Shown one piece after another: positions 58,361 to 64,000 of a DNA stretch of 64,000 nt. This stretch comes from the human T2T-CHM13v2.0 reference genome, Homo sapiens, in assembly GCF_009914755.1 (NCBI RefSeq), contig NC_060929.1. One strand, 5' to 3'. The notes under the pieces were generated by a model. The model searched no databases and was not told the origin of the DNA. It saw nothing but the letters and a program-made list of their open reading frames with translations. Positions within the stretch are counted from its first letter, which is position 1; each line of letters opens with the position of its first letter. Position numbers and translations under genes: made by a program.

Positions 58361-58772
58361 GTGCTTTGTCTGTTTGTGTTGGCGTAAAAAATACCTGAGG
58401 CTGGGCAATTTATAAAGAAAAGAGGTTTATTTTACTCATGGTTCTGCAGGCTGTACAAGAAGCATGGCACCAACATCTGTTTCTGATGAGGGCCTCAGGA
58501 AGCTTCCACTCATGGTGGAAGGCAAAGGGGAACCAACATGTGCAGAAGTCACATGATGAGAGTGGAGGCAAGAGACAGGGAAGGTGCTAGACTCGTTATA
58601 ACAACCAGTCCTTGAGGAAACTCTTGTGAATACTAATAGAGTGAGAACTCACTTGGTGCCCCCAATCCCAAGGAGGGCATTAATTTCTTCATGAGGAATC
58701 CATCCTAAAGACCCAAACACCTCTCATCAGGCCCTGCCTCCAACATTGGGGATCAACATCCAAACCATAGCA
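58361..58772 (-). mobile_element. MST-family MaLR solo LTR
   Basis: 'aatacctgaggctgggcaatttataaagaaaagaggtttatt...ggttctgcaggctgtacaagaagcatggcacc...catccaaaccatagca'. Confidence 0.85.
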
Positions 58773-60999
58773 AATAGTCATTAATTTAGGAAAGTGGAAG
58801 AACCTAAGTAAAGAGGACTCTAAAAAGGATAAACAGGGAGGTGAGAGGAATTACATTCTTTTACTGGATATAGGATATTGTCTTGGGCGATTTTTACTAC
58901 CCCCTGAAAAGTTTGGCTGACTTCAGCTCATGTTTGGCTGACTCCAGCTTAGATGTGATAAGAATTTGGTTATAGTTTATGAAGACTAAATATACATTTG
59001 CTATTTTTAAATTGCTTATTTGTACTGAATAAGTGCCCTACCACATTGTGTGAATATGAAGTTCACAGGCTGGTATTCCATATCAGTCTATTCATACTTG
59101 GTTGGCTATGCATGTAAAACGATTAAGGGGGGGTGAGTCACCTCACAGTAAGAGAAGAAAACCTTCTTTACTGCTGTCAGCCTGAATTGTTAAGAATGAC
59201 CTTCTAAAGGTGGAAATTGCCCTCTGTGGTATCAGGCAGGGTTGGCAGTGGGGACTGGCAGCCCCTTCCTCTTCTGCTCAACTTGAGTTTAATTTCTTAG
59301 CCAGTTTGTTTCTCTTCATGTTTCACTGCTTTCCCACCCTCCATCTCAAAACATGTTCGAGACAACAGATAATTTTGGAGTGGCTTTTATATTTAAGGGC
59401 AGGCCAATACTAAGAACATATTAATTTAAACAGTAGCAAATCAGCATTTTGTGAACATAAAAGGATTACGTAGGAAGTTCTGGCCATGCAGTCCAAAGCT
59501 TTCCCACAGGAAGGAATGTATGTTGTGTTGAGGAGAATGTCTCTCTGAAATACATAAGCACAAGTCACTGGTGGTTAGTGAATCACTCCCAGTCACATTC
59601 ATGAACAAAACCCTCTAGGTTGGGCAAAATCGGGCAGGATTTCAATTTAATTCCACAAACACTTGTTGAGCAAGACCTGGGTTTCTGTTTGCTCTGCCCC
59701 ATATATATGAATTGTTCTCCATTCTGTGTTGAGGTAATGTGAGGAGTAGAGAAATTGCTTTAGACAAACATTACTGTTTGGAAATACTCGACCTAAGTGG
59801 ATTCAGTTACTTTCTGAGAGTTCAGCGAGGTTGGAATGAAGATTGTAATTTGAGTTGTATATAAAACAGAGAAAGAAAAACATTTTGCCAACTCTTGCAT
59901 TCATATATATTTTCCATCCCTGACATGATTATGTTTTTATATTTCCCCAATTAGATTTTAAACCATTTGTAGGGAGGAAACTGGGTTTCTTTTAACAAGG
60001 TCTCCCAGGCACGTACCGCAGGGTTAAGTACCTTACAGACTCTCGGTAAATACTGACTGCCTGAGGGGAAGTGAATATTCCCAAGGGTGTTTCCTTAGGG
60101 CTTGGTATTTTCCGTGAGAAGCAGACCTCGTGTGGAAGCGTTGTTCCTTTAAGTTGGGATGGTTTCCTGAAAGGTTTCAGCACAATGACACTGATTAGCT
60201 GCCAGACTAATTGCTCACCACCACCAACCTTGTTTCGTAGGCAAACTGGGCCCGAGGGTAAAATAACATGCACACTGAGCCAAACTTTCCAACATGTGCT
60301 CCTAACCCTTCCCCCTTGAATTCAGAAAGTGACCTTTTGGTGAACAAATGTTCTTTCACCTTCACTGTTTAGAAGTTGTTAACACCGGGCCAGCGACGTG
60401 ATTGATGCACGTGCTTTCCCCTCCTCTGGAGTAGGTTCCACTGTTTCCCCCTCGGAGCTGTGAACTTTTATATTGTTTTCCTTTGATAAGGTGGCTGGGT
60501 TGCCCATAAATTTGAATGTATGTTTTAATGACCTGGTGGTTGCTGAAAGAGTGTTATTCTGCTTTGTAGGCTTCTGGCTTTTCTTCTTCAAGGCACACTT
60601 CTGGCTAAACGTTTTCTGAACATGGCCTTCTCTTAGTAATCTGTTTGAAAAGTCTGTGATTTCCCACCCTCCCCCCGCACCTCCACAAGCCCACCTGGGT
60701 CTCTTGTTTGCAGTTTAATTAGTTTAATTCTCAGGCAAATGAGAAATCTTTTTTGAATCTAAGGATGCCAGATCTTTAAAGTCAGTTCTTTCAGCAAGCT
60801 TCAGTTTTCCAAGTAGAAGAAACATCAGAAAGGATGGAAAGATCAGTGCTGATAATTCTTAGTTATTTTTAATTTTGGGGGGTGGGGGCGAGTGTGGAGA
60901 GTAAGGGTAAATCCTTCCTCAAAGCCCAACATTGCAGATACCAACAAAAGGGGAGATGGAGGCAGTAGGGAAGAGTGATTAAAGGTACCAACTAGGAGG

Positions 61000-61185
61000 T
61001 TAAGTGTGTGACTTTGGGCAAATTACTTATCCTGTCTGTGTCTCAATTCCCTTTCCTATAAAGTGGAAATTATACTAATAGTACCTACCTCACAGGGTTG
61101 TTATGAAGAGTAAATGAGTTAATATATACAAAGTGTGTAGGCCAGAGTGCCCGGTGCACTGAAGGTGCTACGTGAATGTTAAGCT
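61000..61185 (+). mobile_element. MIR SINE
   Basis: 'gtgtgactttgggcaaattacttatcctgtctgtgtctcaatt...aatagtacctacctcacagggttgttatgaag'. Confidence 0.85.
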
Positions 61186-61189
61186 AGTA

Positions 61190-61500
61190 TAGATTCTCCA
61201 ACAATTCTGGAATCCCAACAGTTTTGACATCAAACAATGGTTATTTTTCAGTTTTTTAAAGTAATTTATTTGATGGCAGAACTAACCTGAACTGTTGAGA
61301 ATATTTTTGTCTTGATTTCATTTAATGTGAATATAAGTTTTGCTATGGAAATATTAATGTGTTTGATGTGGGGCCTGCCCCAGTCTACTAGGTGGGTTAT
61401 AGATATACGGTATATGCACCATATTACATTTACAACATCAGAAACATGCTGAATTCTGAAACATATCTGACAGCACAGGTTCAGATAAAACACTGGATGT
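61190..61500. mobile_element. Tigger-type DNA transposon relic
   Basis: 3' part 'gaattctgaaacatatctgac...gttcagataa' resembles Tigger/MER46-type termini. Confidence 0.4.
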
Positions 61501-62214
61501 ATGCCGAGATAGAAAAATATATTGGCAAAAATACTTCCTATTTATTACCTATCCTGCTTCTTCTTGGTTATACCCCTTGGTGTTTTTCTCATAGGACTGA
61601 AAAAAAAAAATAGAAATTTCACAGGCTGTTATTTTATTTGTGAATATTTATTGAACCCATACCATGTGCTAAGCAGTCAAGGTCCTCTGCTGTCAGGGAG
61701 CTGATTGGCCGGTGTTAGCTATATATTATTAAGGGCCTACAATGTAAAAGGCCTTAATCTAGATACATTATTCACATAATCTCTAGTTCTAACAATAATC
61801 AGTTCTACAAATAAAGGAAAAATTCTCTGAGGCATTAAATAACCTGCTCAAAGCTAGTCACCTATTCAAAGCAGGTAAATGGTTGAGCTGGGACTTAAAT
61901 TCCAGTCTGGGTGGCTCCATGGCCTGTGCTCTTTCCACTTTACCACATTTGCTCTTGCTAAGAGCACTCAGATCTAATGGCTCTTAAAGAGAGTCTTGTA
62001 GACTTTAATCTCTTTCTGACATGCCACGTTATGTGAGGCCTGACAAACAAGAAAAGCTCACTGGTGCACTTGACCTCCCTGGAAAGGTTGTGTCACCGTG
62101 TGCAGGGGACACGTCAGCAGTCAGTGGACAAGTCAGGCAAGTCACAGATGAACATTATGGAATGGGGCATACATGAAATACTGGAAACTAGTTTGTGTAA
62201 CAACCATTTGTAAT

Positions 62215-63135
62215 TCTTATGGAAGTAAAATTTATATACCATTGAAATCACAGATCTTAACTGTCCAATTCAATGAATTTTGGTAAGAATTCCACACCTG
62301 CATATCCACCACCCCAGAAAGTTTCCTTGACTTCTTCCAGTCAAACCTCACCCCTTAGGAACCACTGTTCAGATTTCTTTTCTGCGTAGTTTAGCTTTGG
62401 CAGTTCTTGAGCTCCATATAAATGGAATCAAACAGAATGCACTGTTCTATAAATGGCTTCTTTTGAACTGTCTACTATTTTTAAGACACATCCAAATTGT
62501 TCATGCATCAGTAGCTCATTCTTTAATATTCTGTGTAGTATTGCACTGTCTGAATAGACCACAATTTCCATTTTCCCGTTGTTGGATATTTGAGTTGCTT
62601 CCAGTTTGGAGCTATTTAATAAAACTGCTATAAACATTATTGTACAAGTCTTTTATGGATGAAAATTTTAATCTCTCCTGGGTACATACCTAGGATTGTA
62701 ATTGATGTATATGAATTATAATAATATATAATTTTCATAAGGCAGATGTATATTTAGTTTGACAAGAAACTGCCAGTTTTTTTTAAAGAGCTTGTTTACA
62801 TTTAATACCATCAATATCTGAGAGTACCAGTTGCTCCACATCCTTGGCAATTAGGTATCATCAGTCTTTTAAATTTTAGCTATTCTAGTGGGTGTGAAAT
62901 GATAAATCATTGCAGTTTTTGTTTGTATTTACCTGATAATTAATGATGTTAATTAACTATATTTTTATGTGCCTATTGGCCATTTGTATATTTTCTTTTG
63001 GGAAATGATTCTTCAAGACATTAGTTCACTTTTTGCTGGTTGCATTTTCATTGATTTCAGGAGTTCTTTATATATTGAGATAATAGGTCTTTCTCAGATA
63101 TATCCATGTATGGCAAATATTTTTTTCCCTGTTCT
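62215..63135 (-). mobile_element. Old L1M 3' region
   Basis: 'catataaatggaatca...ttccagtttggagcta...gggtacatacctagga...ccagttgctccacatcc...ctagtgggtgtgaaatg...gagttctttatatatt'. Confidence 0.88.
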
Positions 63136-64000
63136 GTAGAAAACTTCCAAGTTGGATTTTTAAATCTCTAATTTCCTAGGTGAGATGACCTTGGGTTTTG
63201 GTTCCTGTCTCATGCTGATTGTATTATTTGTTAGGATGGTTTCCTCTTTCTAACAAGTTTATTTGCAATTTACAACAGGAGGAACATTTGCAAAAAGAAG
63301 CCCATGTTGCTTGTGGCCCCCAAATTATTCCCTTTCTAGACACTCCTCTGAAGTTATAATGAAAATATGTGATTCCTTCTTCAAAACTGCTTTGTACCCT
63401 GTTTAGGATCATACTTATTTAATTATGTAAAATAAAAATTACTGGACAAATTAAAAACACAATAGCTAAAAACTTTTATTTTTCCAAAAAAAGAGACTTT
63501 TAGAAGGGTGTGGTAATTGTTTAGAAGTTTTCTTAATTATAAAAGTAAAACACATTTCATGTAATGTAAGTTGGCAGTTTTTTTTTAGAAAAGGAAAACT
63601 GAGTGCTGAAAGTTAAAATTAAAGTTAAAAAGTTATTAAAAAGCAAATAAACCACTCATAGATTTCTGACTTTCAGGATTAATCTGTACTGCACTTTTGT
63701 TCGACAAAGTATGCTCTATTTTTTTCTGAAGGTAAATGTATTAACAATTCAGGAGATATCACTGGAATTGGCTCCTGCTCACATAATTAAGCCAGATCCT
63801 TCAAAAGGCTGAGAGGCAGAATTGGGCTCATTAATTTCTAACATCAAATCTACTTCATATATGTTCCTGTTCGAACTCTCACCTAATTTAAGAGGATCAA
63901 ATCACAATCTAAGGTCACAATTAGGGGAAGGAAGCATGAGTTTCAGCCAAATTTTATCCTCTTGGGTTCATACTAACTGCAGCGATGAAGCATTTTTCCC

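Overview
Human genomic DNA, apparently from a large intron or non-coding region. No host protein-coding exon can be supported. The only long ORF (817 aa, minus strand) is the RT/C-terminal part of ORF2 of a 5'-truncated, human-specific pre-Ta L1HS with an intact target-site duplication. Other content: 9 Alus (one nested pair, one pair inserted sequentially at the same site), a complete THE1A MaLR provirus with a 5-bp TSD, solo LTRs, a HAL1-like element, a CR1/L3 RT fossil, hAT/Tigger-type DNA transposon relics, MIRs, microsatellites, several enhancer/promoter-like motif clusters and candidate non-coding exons on the + strand. I found no convincing new biological system. The best leads are a consensus DUX4 site in the THE1A 5' LTR, inverted Alus around strong splice acceptors, a fold-back rearrangement inside an Alu, and an open CR1-derived frame. 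Repeat family names come from remembered consensus sequences, not database searches, and boundaries of old repeats are approximate.
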